This document shows positions 40,901 through 52,013 of a DNA stretch of 64,000 nucleotides, piece after piece (position 1 is the first letter of the stretch; every line of letters starts with the position of its first letter). The stretch lies in assembly GCA_030141605.1 (NCBI GenBank), contig JAQGDQ010002366.1, forward strand, positions 628,660 through 692,659, written 5' to 3'. The notes below the pieces were generated by a model. The model was not told the DNA's origin, made no database searches, and saw only the letters and a program-made list of their open reading frames with translations. The DNA comes from Tubiluchus corallicola. Its lineage: Eukaryota > Animalia > Priapulida. Position numbers and translations under genes: made by a program.

Positions 40901-43900
40901 TTGACTGAACAAATTTTCTTCACATATTTATAAATATTTAGAAACAACAAAGTTAAAGTTAGTTTATAGAACTTATTTGTCATCTTGTGACATTTTGCTT
41001 TCTTGCATCTATTGTTGCAAATTCTGCAAAGAGTAGTGCAATTCTAAAATTAACATACTGCATTTTGGTCCTTTAATAATTAATTAATAACAATTTATTA
41101 GCGTGACTTTCCAGATGGCTCGTTGACTTTACAGAATTAAAAAGTATAATAAGATCACGGAAATAAAAAATGTTATGCAAATTAAAATCACATTACATCA
41201 GGCGACTAACATTTACAAAAACAACTAAAATTTATAAATTATGGGTTACTAAAAAATAAAGAAAATAACAGTGTTTTATTTGAGAGTTAAAACAAGGAGA
41301 CATGGAGACATTTAAAATGTAGGGACAGCTGTTTCCAAAGTTGAGGGGCAGCACAAAAGAACGACTCTGGGAAGTAACTCTGCTAAGTAGCTTACTAGAC
41401 CTCAAGTCAATACTCACGATATACTCACGTCAATACTCCTGATGAAATATAACATGACCAAGTTAAATTTAGTAGTGCCTGTTTTTTTTGTTTTTTGCTT
41501 ATGTCAAGCTACGAAACATTAAAGCTCTACTAGCAGTACACATTCGATTACTCATTTTACTTTGCCTAATGACTTGCTTTCCTAAAAAGAAGCTTCTTTG
41601 TTCCCTATTTGATGACCCACTTAGTATAGTAAATGCAACAAAAATCAGTCAGCAACTGTTGACAGTATTCTAACAATTACTCTATTCCACATGTAAGTTC
41701 ATGCAGAATACAACATGAGGGTTTCATAAAACGTTTTCCGCAAAAAGTGTTCATAACAGCACTTACTTTTTACCATGGTGTTTACTAATGATACCAGGCG
41801 TGTCAAGAATCACCTAAAAATATAAATCTTAAACATAACAGCTTGAAAACGCATACTAGATATCATTTTGATATGTTCTAATTAAAACTATATTCTAGAA
41901 CAGATCCACTGACTATAATAAAATTTCACATTTATGCAAGATGAAAAGAACTGAAAATTCACCTCAAAAACCTAGAATAGTGAAACGCTAACTTCTAGCG
42001 GATGACTGATTGAAAAAAGGGTAAATATTTCTGATAGGCTCTCACCACACTACACCTTGCACAATTTTAGGCTGCATTTCCACTGCATTCACACAAACAC
42101 ATGCATACAGATTTTTCCGTTTGCACATTTTACATCTGCAAAAGTTGTTTCTACTGCATCCGAACTCATTACACTGTACTTGTATTACAATGTGGCAAAA
42201 ATAATCAAGTCAGGGGACTTTCGAGGAGAACGAAGCATGCATTTCCTGTTAATGGTTTAAGAAACGCAATACAGAATACAGCTGATAATAGTCATCTCTT
42301 ATAATTTTCTCCACTGTAACTAATTATGCGATGCAATTTTGAGAAAGTGTAAAAGGCCTATATGTTTAGCAATTGCAACAAGTCAAATTGACTGATTCGA
42401 AATTCGCAGACAATAAATTTGACAATGTTTGCCATAAATTTGACAAAATCCATTGAATAAAGAATTGCAAAATCAGACCCAAATTTATGGAAATGCTGAA
42501 AAAAGCAAAATTTATAGTAAAAACTAAATGTTTGTTCTTCATCACTGACCTTACAAGCTATTTCAGCTCACACCTGCCTTGTGAAATTTCTAAGACCGTA
42601 TATAAGTTCATTTTGTCACAGAGGGAAGGTCTAATCTCTACAGTGTTTCCAGAAATGAACTTTTATGTCAGCAGAAAAATGGTTTAACAAGTAAAGTGTA
42701 TGTAATGGAAATGACAAGCATGGAAAACAATGACTTGCAAAAATGCACTATTGCTTCAATTTTTTTCCGTATGAGCGACATTTTCCGTATGTCTGTGTGG
42801 ATGCAATGGAAATGCAGTCTTAACAACATGAACAACAACAACAACAAACATCGTACAGGTTTCAGTATTTTTAGAAAGCAAAGTATAAACTATTTCAGAA
42901 AGACTTACTTACAATTTGTGCATTGTCTTCCACAATTACAGCAAGAGTCTTCCGCCTTGTCGTATGAACTTTCACTGATGTTGAACAAACCTTTAATGAA
43001 TAATCAATTATTAGCAGCAGAAATTATTCACAACACATAAAAAAAGTGTTTTATTTAATAATCTTCGCAGCGCATTATCTGAAGTAATACAGTGTCTGGC
43101 ATACCTTTGTTAATCATTACAAAATTGAAAAGAGTTTACAATTCCTCACACAAACGAAGACAAACTTTGTGAGACTTTTAATGACACTTTATCTTCTTTA
43201 TGATTATCTCAGAAGAGCACTATCTTATTTTCAAGCTAATTCCCCACACAATTTAAATATCCTAACCCTAACTCTAACACTAACCCTAACCCAAACCCTA
43301 ATCCTAACCTTATCCCTAATCTGTTTCACGAACCAATTTCTTGTGTGTGAAGAATTGTAAACTTTAGCCAGAAAATCTTTACCCCAGTAAGAACTAAAAT
43401 ACCATAATGGGGTGGACAGAAAGACAGTTTTATGAGCTTTAAGTCAAATTAGAATTACTTTAACATTCAGTGCCAAAACATCAATTATTAATCAACCTTA
43501 TAAAAAAATCATTATTCTCATGATCAGGAGGCATGCCTTGCAAAACCATGCAAAACTTCGGATGAGCAGTGACCTAGTACCAGGCAAAAATTACCTACAA
43601 ATTAAAGTTAAAACGCATTTGCTCCAATGCCTGAAAATTCAGCTTAAAAAACAAATTATCAAAATATCTTTATTTTCAGACAACAGTCATGAGTTACTAA
43701 AGAATCAAATGCCTGAAAATTCAGCTTAAAAACAAATCATCAAAATATTTCTTTTCAGACAACAGTCACGAGTTACTAAAGAATCAAATGCCTGAAAATT
43801 CAGCTTAAAAACAAATCATCAAAATATCTTTATTTTCAGACAACAGTCATGAGTTACTAAAGAATCAAATGCCTGAAAATTCAGCTTAAAAACAAATCAT

Positions 43901-46900
43901 CAAAATATCTTTATTTTCAGACAACAGTCATGAGTTACTAAAGAATCAAATGCCTGAAAATTCAGCTTAAAAACAAATCATCGAAATATCTTTATTTTCA
44001 GACAACAGTCATGAGTTACTAAAGAATCAAATGCCTGAAAATTCAGCTTAAAAACAAATCATCGAAATACCTTTATTTTCAGACAACAGTCATGAGTTAC
44101 TAAAGAATCAAATGCCTGAAAATTCAGCTTAAAAACAAATCATCAAAATATCTTTATTTTCAGACAACAGTCATGAGTTACTAAAGAATCAAATGCCTGA
44201 AAATTCAGCTTAAAAACAAATCATCAAAATATCTTTATTTTCAGACAACAGTCATGAGTTACTAAAGAATCAAATGCCTGAAAATTCAGCTTAAAAACAA
44301 ATCATCAAAATATCTTTATTTTCAGACAACAGTCATGAGTTACTAAAGAATCAAATGCCTGAAAGTTCAGCTTAAAAACAAATCATCAAAATATCTTTAT
44401 TTTCAGACAACAGTCATGAGTTACTAAAGAATCAAATGCCTGAAAATTCAGCTTAAAAACAAATCATCAAAATATCTTTATTTTCAGACAACAGTCATGA
44501 GTTACTAAAGAATCAAATTAAGTCAAAATAAACGAATTTTGAAATGCCAAAATCTACATCAGTGTTACAAATAACAGATATCTACCTAAGAACAAGATCA
44601 TACTATATTTAAATTTACCACTACAGTAAATAGCAATGGTAAAAACTGAAACGCAATACAGCGGACACGTTGTTTAGCAAATTCACTTTGGGACTAAAGT
44701 GTTCTGACCCAATTAACCCACCAAGTCATTGGGACAAGGTCTTACTTCATGCTTAAGGTGTATGAGTCATCATCTTGTATACAATACAAAAGTCCCAAAG
44801 CTTAAATGAATTTCAGAAGCAAATTAATGCCTGAACTGAATGTCCGAGAAATATTTATAATATCTGAAATTAGTTAAAACACTATTTTTATAAAAGTTAA
44901 TTAGTAAAAAAAAGTAAATAAAAAATTCTGCTTTTAAAGAACTACAAGAATTTGTTTATTCACACTAAAAACATAGGAATATGTGTATGGTCGACCTTTT
45001 CATTTTTTGTGAAGAAGTTGGCCAATAATGTTTTCACAGTTATAAAAATGCTTATAATCTCAGCTCATATTCATGTAAAACAGCTACCACACGACTAAGG
45101 TTTGTGCATCTCGTGAGCATCACCTTTACGCTTGTAATATCGCAAAGATTGCTGTGCACAGCAGGAAACTTCAAAAGCAAATACACTGTCAGTAATTAAG
45201 GGTATAAATTCTTGAACAATGAGGCTGACTGGGGCAAACAAGTAATGCTTTCAAAGAAAATTGTTATGCTAGCTTATTGGGCGAATATAATAAATGTACC
45301 TGCTTACAAACAAAACATGCTTCGTTTACACATATTATAATGTACAAAAGTGAAACAAATATCATCTAAAGTGGTAACAGCTATTTGTACGGTATGCTCC
45401 AGTTTAAGTACATGCAGTAAAAACAATGAGTCAACCGAGTCTCATACTAGACGTCTATAAGTCCATTAAGCAAATGATTCTATTAACCGTGAGTCTAGTA
45501 AATGGCACCCATTGTATTAATTATGTTAGACGCAAGAGATAATTATTTGTATGACTAAGTTTACAACTCGTTATCAAATAAGCTGTCTTTATAATACTTT
45601 AAAAGAGCTATTAAAATCATACTCACCCTCTGTCCCAGCAAGTGATTTGTCAGCGTTGACTTTCCGGTATTGGGAGTTCCGAGAATGGCAACTCGTAATA
45701 AGAGTGGATTGGATGGTTGTGCAGGACAGGCATTAAGCCATTTCTTGTACTCATCTGGAAATGGGAAGCCAAGTACTAGACTTAATTTTCAACCATTCAT
45801 AATTCACAATCATAAAATTTGATATTTATATTTAAGAAAAATATTTAGGACACGAAATAAAAAACATCTCCACATACATAATCCAGACAACAAAGCTCAA
45901 TTGTAAACTTTTCTCAAGTTCAAAATCCTAGCCCCAAACATTCCTTTCCATCCCAAAAGAAAAGAGAAAGCTTTTCATTATTTCCGAGTTTTTGTGATTT
46001 TCTGTGTTAATGGGAGGAGACTTTCCTGTGTCAACTTTTCACCTCTGTCAGTGACATGTTGATTTGTCTAAACGCTCAGCGTCCTAATTTTCAGAATAAA
46101 AGGCCTGAACAATGAATTTCAAAGAAGTGATCAAAGTGAACAGTGAACAAAGAAGTGATCCTGAGAAAGAGTGATTTTATCAATTGATGCTTCGCCTTAC
46201 GGCTTGGGAGCTGTTATTGCTCATAGGTTCCAGATGGTATTGAAAGGCCTATCAGTTTTGCCTCTAGGACCTTGGCCCCTGCGGAAACTATAAATCTTCT
46301 TGAGTTTCTAGATGCTTTCCTACTGGCGTTGATCTCATTAGTATTATCTTAGGTGACATGTACTTGATTTTCCATCTCTTAGTTTTTGCTAGTTCTAGTT
46401 CGAAGAGTTAGTTCTTTTGCATTATAAAGTTTCAAGTTCTTTGATGTTAGTGCTCTGTTCACTTACAGTTCATAGTTGCATAGTTTGAAGTTATCAAATG
46501 TTCAAAGTTATAGCACTATACCTACAATGTATTGTACTGTAGTTGAACGTTCTAAGTTTATGTCATTCACTGCAATGTTCATTTGTTCAGAACATATAAC
46601 TCATTGTTTCAGGCAAAGCAGAATTTTTCTTTGAAGTACCTCTATTAATTTTTAGTTCCAATGATTAAGAATATTTTCTTTTCCAATTACGTGCATCACT
46701 CAAATAAGTAAGCATAATGCTAAGTACTATAAAACTTTGAACCTTCTACGGAAGATTCTTTTGGGATATACTATAAAATTCACATTTCTTCCTCTTAAAA
46801 ATATACACTACTGTTGTAATTACTATTTATCCCAACTAGACATAAACAGTTACCAAGAAGCCACAAAGATTATAAAGTGGCAGTGTCGAAAAGTTAGTTA

Positions 46901-49273
46901 AAGTTTCTACTCAGTTACCATTTGATCGGCTAACATTTCTTTCTGCAGTTGCAGTTGAATTAGAAACATCTGATTCTGCTAGCTGGGACACAAAGCGAAC
47001 AAGTAAGGGCACTGGCAATTTATAGAACTGGCTCCAACATTTCAGACAAATACCTAAATAAGAAATGAAAAGTGTGTAGTTGTTAGTAATAAATACTCTG
47101 AAATAAGATAATATTTATGAAGAAACAGCAACCTTACAGCAAGGAAAACCATTTTCTTATTATGTTATTTTGCTTTACCCTTCTCAATACATGCTTATTT
47201 TATCTCAGCTATTTGTCATTTTATAGCTATTATGTTTGACAGTCTTTCTTTCGATTTGTCGTTAAATTCTCTCTTCAAATTGCAAGGTGTTGTACAGTAA
47301 GTCCTCGCTGAATGATGCTAATGCATTTCAGCAAAATGCGACATTAAATGAAATGCTCGTTAAACGAAACCAAGACTTCCATAGAAAGTAATGTAAAAGA
47401 ACTGAGATGAGTCCAAGAAGCAAAAATCGTTGCTGTTTAAATCATGTACATCAAACCTTTAATGAGTTTTATTCATATTTTTACTGATTATCTACAGATG
47501 TTATCTTTTTTTGTGCACATGTGTCTTTTTGCACTAGTGTTTTTCCTTTACTAATAGGTATCTTTACGACTTTTGTTACTTTATTAACAAAAGGTATAAA
47601 TCAATTAAAATGAAATTATTCATTCATTGCAGCCTATATCTATATCTGTTTCTACTTTGAAAATAAGCCCTTGAATGCTCTTAGCTTATAACCAGCAGAG
47701 TATTTGCTTGATTAGTTGACCAATTAATTTATGTGAGAAAAGTATCATTATCATTCACCTAGTATAATCGAATATATTATTTTAGTTTTAATTTCGATTA
47801 CGAATCACACTTTGCCAATAAATGCCCCTATCACTTCATTATACATAATATTATATGCATATTATGGCATTACGATTGTTCTTAATAGCCATATTTATAA
47901 AATTATTTGGTTATAACGACTTATAATATAACCTCTCTTCGCCCACATATAATCAACATTATTTTTCTCATGATACGAAAAATTTTGGATGTATTATTGT
48001 ACCATTAATTTTGCTAATGAATCACTTATATTCTTATAATTTGCCCCCCCCGCGCCCCATAGCCCATCTTTAATGGTTATGATGGCTACATTACTACCAT
48101 TTAAATGTTCTATTTAAATTTGGGTACATATATGTGTATATGTATATCATTGTATATACAAGTAAGTAATATGGTGCATTGTAATACAAGTAAGTGGTGC
48201 ATTGACAGATAATCACCTAATTCAAATTCATAACTATTTAAAAACTTTTTTCACTCTTTAAGGCTCACTCAAAGTCGTAATTACATATTATGTTTTCCTT
48301 TCTCAACTTTCAGGTTTATTGCTCTTATACCATTGCTATTATTACAACATTATTTCATCCTTATTTTCATTAAGTTATCTACAGAAGCATGCATAATTAT
48401 AATCATTTTTTCATTTAAGTAAGGTGAGTGTGTTAATGACCGTATGGTCGTACACTCACCTCACACTACTCAAATTATTTTATTTAACATTTATTAATGT
48501 GTTTGATATTGTATTTTTTTTCATAGTTCATAGATTATTTCTTTCTGTTTGCATGAAACTTATCTTTCATATTAATATCTAGCTAGACTTGCTAGCGGTC
48601 TCTTGAAGCCTGTATACAGGCAGTCAGCAGTTAAATACTGCACAGTGAAAGCCAAGCCCTGTATAAAGCGACCTTGAAACAATTTCAGGTAGTACTAATC
48701 TGGTTGTTATAGCAACAAGTTACAGACAAAATTAAACTCGGGTGCTTGGAGACGTATAAATTGGCAAATAAATCTCGCTTAATGCAAACGGCTAGAATTT
48801 AGTATGTAGTCAGTCAGTAAGCCAAGCCATTATAATAATTGCACTGTTTGGGTTACTAATGCGTTTTTAGAACAGAATAACGCAATTTGTACCGCTAAAA
48901 TACTTCAAATTATGTATAAAAGTTGTAGATAAAATAAAAAGCCGTTGTAATAAAATTATAATAATAAGTTGTAAGCAAAGTAAAAAAAATCCTCGCTAAA
49001 ATGAAACGTGCGTCGTTAAGTGACAAAAAGGTGTGAAATGTTCAGCGTCGTTAAAACCAAGCGTCGCTAAACGCAGTCGTTAAGCGAGGACTTATTGTAT
49101 ACTTTTCCACCTTTGCTTTTCGTATATCTTTTTCAGTTTTGCAAAAGTAATGTTGCGAACGAACAAAATACAGTGTTAACTAAAACTAATAACACATAAC
49201 TTAATTTATATTAATTACCATGATTTGGCATTAACAATTTGGAAAAACACGAACGCTTCATGCTAGCTGACAT
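34921..49273 (-). CDS. ERAL1: GTPase Era, mitochondrial (ERAL1), 11 exons, ~489 aa
   Basis: Exons 49219..49273, 46919..47053, 45627..45754, 42913..42990, 41767..41813, 40751..40812, 39069..39181, 37913..38389, 36935..37084, 36322..36402 and 34921..35064, total 1470 nt with consistent phases. G1 GTPNTGKS, G2 KVHTTR, G3 DTPG, G4 NKVD, G5 VSAL, LPQEIPY, KH motif VIGKEG. The first two exons (putative targeting peptide) are less certain. Confidence 0.92.
40168..40516. mobile_element. hAT-like MITE, 349 bp, in ERAL1 intron 6
   Basis: TIR CAGGGCCATAT / ATATGGCCCTA with a perfect 8-bp TSD CTTACAGC on both sides (40160-40167 and 40517-40524). Confidence 0.88.
43133..43363. mobile_element. Small inverted-repeat element containing degenerate (TAACCC)n
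   Basis: 20-bp IR AGTTTACAATTCCTCACACA / TGTGTGAAGAATTGTAAACT (1 mismatch) enclosing about 10 CCTAAC-like units at 43261-43320. Confidence 0.7.
43626..44518. repeat. 81-bp minisatellite, ~11 near-identical copies, in ERAL1 intron 3
   Basis: Unit AAATGCCTGAAAATTCAGCTTAAAAACAAATCATCAAAATATCTTTATTTTCAGACAACAGTCATGAGTTACTAAAGAATC, e.g. starting at 43867 and 43948. Confidence 0.95.
46157..46290 (+). mobile_element. Ty3/Gypsy RNase H fragment (frameshifted)
   Basis: Translates across frameshifts as DPEKE-ILSIDASPYGLGAVIAH-PDGIERPISFASRTLAPAE. Confidence 0.8.
47295..49097. mobile_element. Non-autonomous pogo/Tigger-like DNA transposon (~1.8 kb) in ERAL1 intron 1
   Basis: TA-CAGTAAGTCCTCGCTGAATGA ... 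TCGTTAAGCGAGGACTTATTG-TA: imperfect TIR with TA flanks and repeated CGTCGTTAA subterminal motifs. No transposase ORF. Confidence 0.75.
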
Positions 49274-49618
49274 GTTTCCAGTTTACATCGTGCAAATAAT
49301 TAGCGCACCGTAGAGATCTTTGACTTACTCCTTGAACTTAGTGTTGAAATTATGATTTTTGTCTCGTAATTATTTAAAAAAACAAATGAAAATCAGGTAA
49401 CTATTACTGCATTTTAATTTATTTGGAGCTTAGGATCTTTATGCTGAACAACAAATTGAAATGCTAATCCAAAATGATTTTGCTGAATAAATTTGGGCAG
49501 AGAATCCCTAAACAAACACTGCTATTGTTAAGAATAACAGAGAGAAACAACAGCAGAAACAACAATAACATTTATAATAATAATAATAATAATAAAAATA
49601 AGAATAAGAATAATAACG

Positions 49619-49678
<60 letters not shown>

Positions 49679-50389
49679 CTGTAATTATTATACCTAAAAT
49701 TACACTACCGTGAAGATGAACATTAATGAAAATTGAAAGTGTATAGGCAAATTAACAATCGATTATTCTAGAAAAAGAAAGCAAAATGGAACCAGTGAAA
49801 GCACACCACAATGTAGACATGAACAACAGAATTATTAACTAAATTAAACTGAAAATGTTTAATGGCAGAATATAAGTTAGGCAGAAAAGATGTCAAATAG
49901 GCAATCTAGCTGTCATCGTAATTTACACTGGACGCCAAAACAAATAACACAGATGATAATAAAATTAAGAGTAATCTGTAGAATAAACGGAATAAAATTT
50001 AACGTTGATCAAGTATGATGTATTGCGCATTCAAGTTTGCTACTTTGCACTAGAGTTCTCGACTTCTTGCCTCTCGGCCTGGCGTGAACAAGTGTTACAC
50101 GGTAGTGCTACTTTGTTACGTTTTATGTAAAACAACAACAACCTAAGTTGAACACTGCTGAACATCTTAATGAACTAATGATGTCAGGAGCTAAACTTTG
50201 AACATTGTTAAAACGTGCTATGGCATTTCGCCTGAGATGGTTTTATAAGTTTTGTAGTTAGTGCCCAGGCATTATTGCACTCTTTAACGTTCTTCGTGAA
50301 TGAAATACTAGTAGGCCTACTAGTCACAGTGTTCAAAAAGGACAACACCTTTTTAAACTGATATAACGCGTCTACTTTTGTGTCTTTTG
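49274..50389. promoter_or_regulatory. Putative shared (bidirectional) promoter region between head-to-head ERAL1 and TRMT11
   Basis: The divergent start codons are about 1.1 kb apart. This is a positional inference; no TSS or specific motif was identified. Confidence 0.45.
49560..49677. repeat. (AAT)n microsatellite
   Basis: Directly visible. Confidence 0.95.
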
Positions 50390-51784
50390 ATGGCTGTTAG
50401 TGGAATTTGCAGAAAATATTTGTTTTTGTATGCAAATGAACACATAGATTTTAGACTTCCAGAACTAAAATCTATTTCGATTCTACAAAATCTCAAGCTT
50501 AAACTTGACGAACAGTTGTACAATCATGAAAACCCATTTCTTGTATTAGAGTTAAAAACTGACGAAGAAGCATGCAAAATTATGAAAAGGACTATTTTAA
50601 TCAGATCTATGTATGAACTTTGGGCATCAGCGCCATCGCATGATGAATTGTATGCACAACTAGCTGCTTATCCGACAGAATTAAAGAATCCCTATCTCAG
50701 AAGCAACACATCTTTCAGGCTTCGAATCGACGCCTTTGGAAAATCTCTGCAAACCACATACAAACTTAAGCGAATTGATGAGATACTTTCTACATTGCCT
50801 TTTGAAGGACGTGTAGATTTGCGCAAAGCACAACATAGTTTTCATTTGCTAGAACACTATAACACAGAACCACCAACTGTTCCACAATGCATCTATTTTG
50901 GTAGGTGGATAATGGATGGACAAAGAGATAAAGTGAGATTATATCATCTACAACAACGTAAGCACATAGGGAATACATCAATGGATTCACAATTGTCTCT
51001 CATCATGGCAAATCAAGCTAAAGTACAAAAAAATTCTATTGTGCTCGACCCCTTCGTTGGAACTGGCAGCTTATTAATAGCTGCTGCTGCATTTGGTGCT
51101 TATGTAATAGGTGCTGATATAGACTACAAAGTCATACATGGCAGAGGCAAGTCAAGTCGACCTAATAAAAAATATCGAGGACCTGATGAAAATATACAGG
51201 CAAACTTTCAACAATACAAATTAATTAATAACTATATTGGAGTAGTTCTAGCCGATGCATCAAAGCCGGTTTGGAGGACTGAATTGTTCTGTGATGCCAT
51301 CATTACTGACCCTCCGTATGGAATTAGAGAAGCGACAAGGAAAACCAAATCACAGAAGTGTTCTGATACAGAGGAAAATAGCGGTGATTGTGATAAGAAT
51401 GAAGGTGTGCAGTATAAACTAGCTGACTTGTTTAAAGATCTGTTAAACTTCTCTGCAAAAATTTTAAAAGTGGGTGGTAGATTAGTTTACTGGTTACCAG
51501 TATACAGGCCAGAGTACAGTGAAAAGAATGTGCCAGCTCACTCATGTTTGAAACTGATCTCTAACAGTGAACAAATACTGGCTACGAATATTAGCAGACG
51601 TCTGATAACGATGGAAAAAATTTGTGATATTGATGAAGTTGAAGGAGATACGGTTGCTAAAATTCGTGAAAATCATTACAAGAGTAGCTTCCGCCAAAAA
51701 TATTTTGCTGCCACGTCTTCTAGTGACAAATATTCTGAGGAAGCTAGTAAAATTGTCCACCACCAAAAAAACAGATCCAGTTGA
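50390..51784 (+). CDS. TRMT11: tRNA (guanine(10)-N2)-methyltransferase TRMT11, single-exon CDS, ~464 aa
   Basis: Uninterrupted ORF. The first ATG is at 50390 (the ORF track starts at an upstream TTG). Motifs HIDFRLPEL, IGNTSMDSQLS, SAM-binding motif I DPFVGTGS, motif IV IITDPPYGIRE, GGRLVYWLP, SRRLITMEK. Confidence 0.95.
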   Translation: MAVSGICRKYLFLYANEHIDFRLPELKSISILQNLKLKLDEQLYNHENPFLVLELKTDEEACKIMKRTILIRSMYELWASAPSHDELYAQLAAYPTELKNPYLRSNTSFRLRIDAFGKSLQTTYKLKRIDEILSTLPFEGRVDLRKAQHSFHLLEHYNTEPPTVPQCIYFGRWIMDGQRDKVRLYHLQQRKHIGNTSMDSQLSLIMANQAKVQKNSIVLDPFVGTGSLLIAAAAFGAYVIGADIDYKVIHGRGKSSRPNKKYRGPDENIQANFQQYKLINNYIGVVLADASKPVWRTELFCDAIITDPPYGIREATRKTKSQKCSDTEENSGDCDKNEGVQYKLADLFKDLLNFSAKILKVGGRLVYWLPVYRPEYSEKNVPAHSCLKLISNSEQILATNISRRLITMEKICDIDEVEGDTVAKIRENHYKSSFRQKYFAATSSSDKYSEEASKIVHHQKNRSS

Positions 51785-51884
51785 CCAGAAAATGAATATC
51801 GTTTATTAATTTGTTTTTACAGTTCGTGGGATAATCTGCCTAGACAAACGTTGAATGCCCTTGTCTCAAAATATTTTTATTTCT

Positions 51885-51922
51885 TACAAAAGCTTTCGCT
51901 ATGCCTGGCCTCATCAGTTGCA
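51885..51922 (-). ncRNA. Minimal type I hammerhead ribozyme-like motif (Penelope-type), minus strand
   Basis: The minus strand reads TGCAA-CTGATGA-GGCCAGGCATAGC-GAAA-GC-TT-TTGTA. Both core boxes are present, stem I TGCAA/TTGTA pairs fully (one G-U), and stem III is the palindromic AGCT. Stem II is imperfect. Confidence 0.55.
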
Positions 51923-51975
51923 TAGACAGCGCTGCTAACCAGTGAAAGTCACACTCCGGTTAGCAGCACAGTCTG

Positions 51976-52013
51976 TACATCTGATGATGCCCGCTAGGGT
52001 GAAAGCTTCTGGA
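51976..52013 (+). ncRNA. Minimal type I hammerhead ribozyme-like motif (Penelope-type), plus strand
   Basis: TACAT-CTGATGA-T-GCCC-GCTA-GGGT-GAAA-GC-TT-CTGGA. Core boxes and stem II (GCCC/GGGT) are present, with palindromic AGCT. Stem I is degenerate. Confidence 0.55.

Noticed and set aside
43626-44518. CRISPR-like array
   Set aside because: Units are contiguous and near-identical with no unique spacers, there are no cas genes, and the context is a eukaryotic intron.
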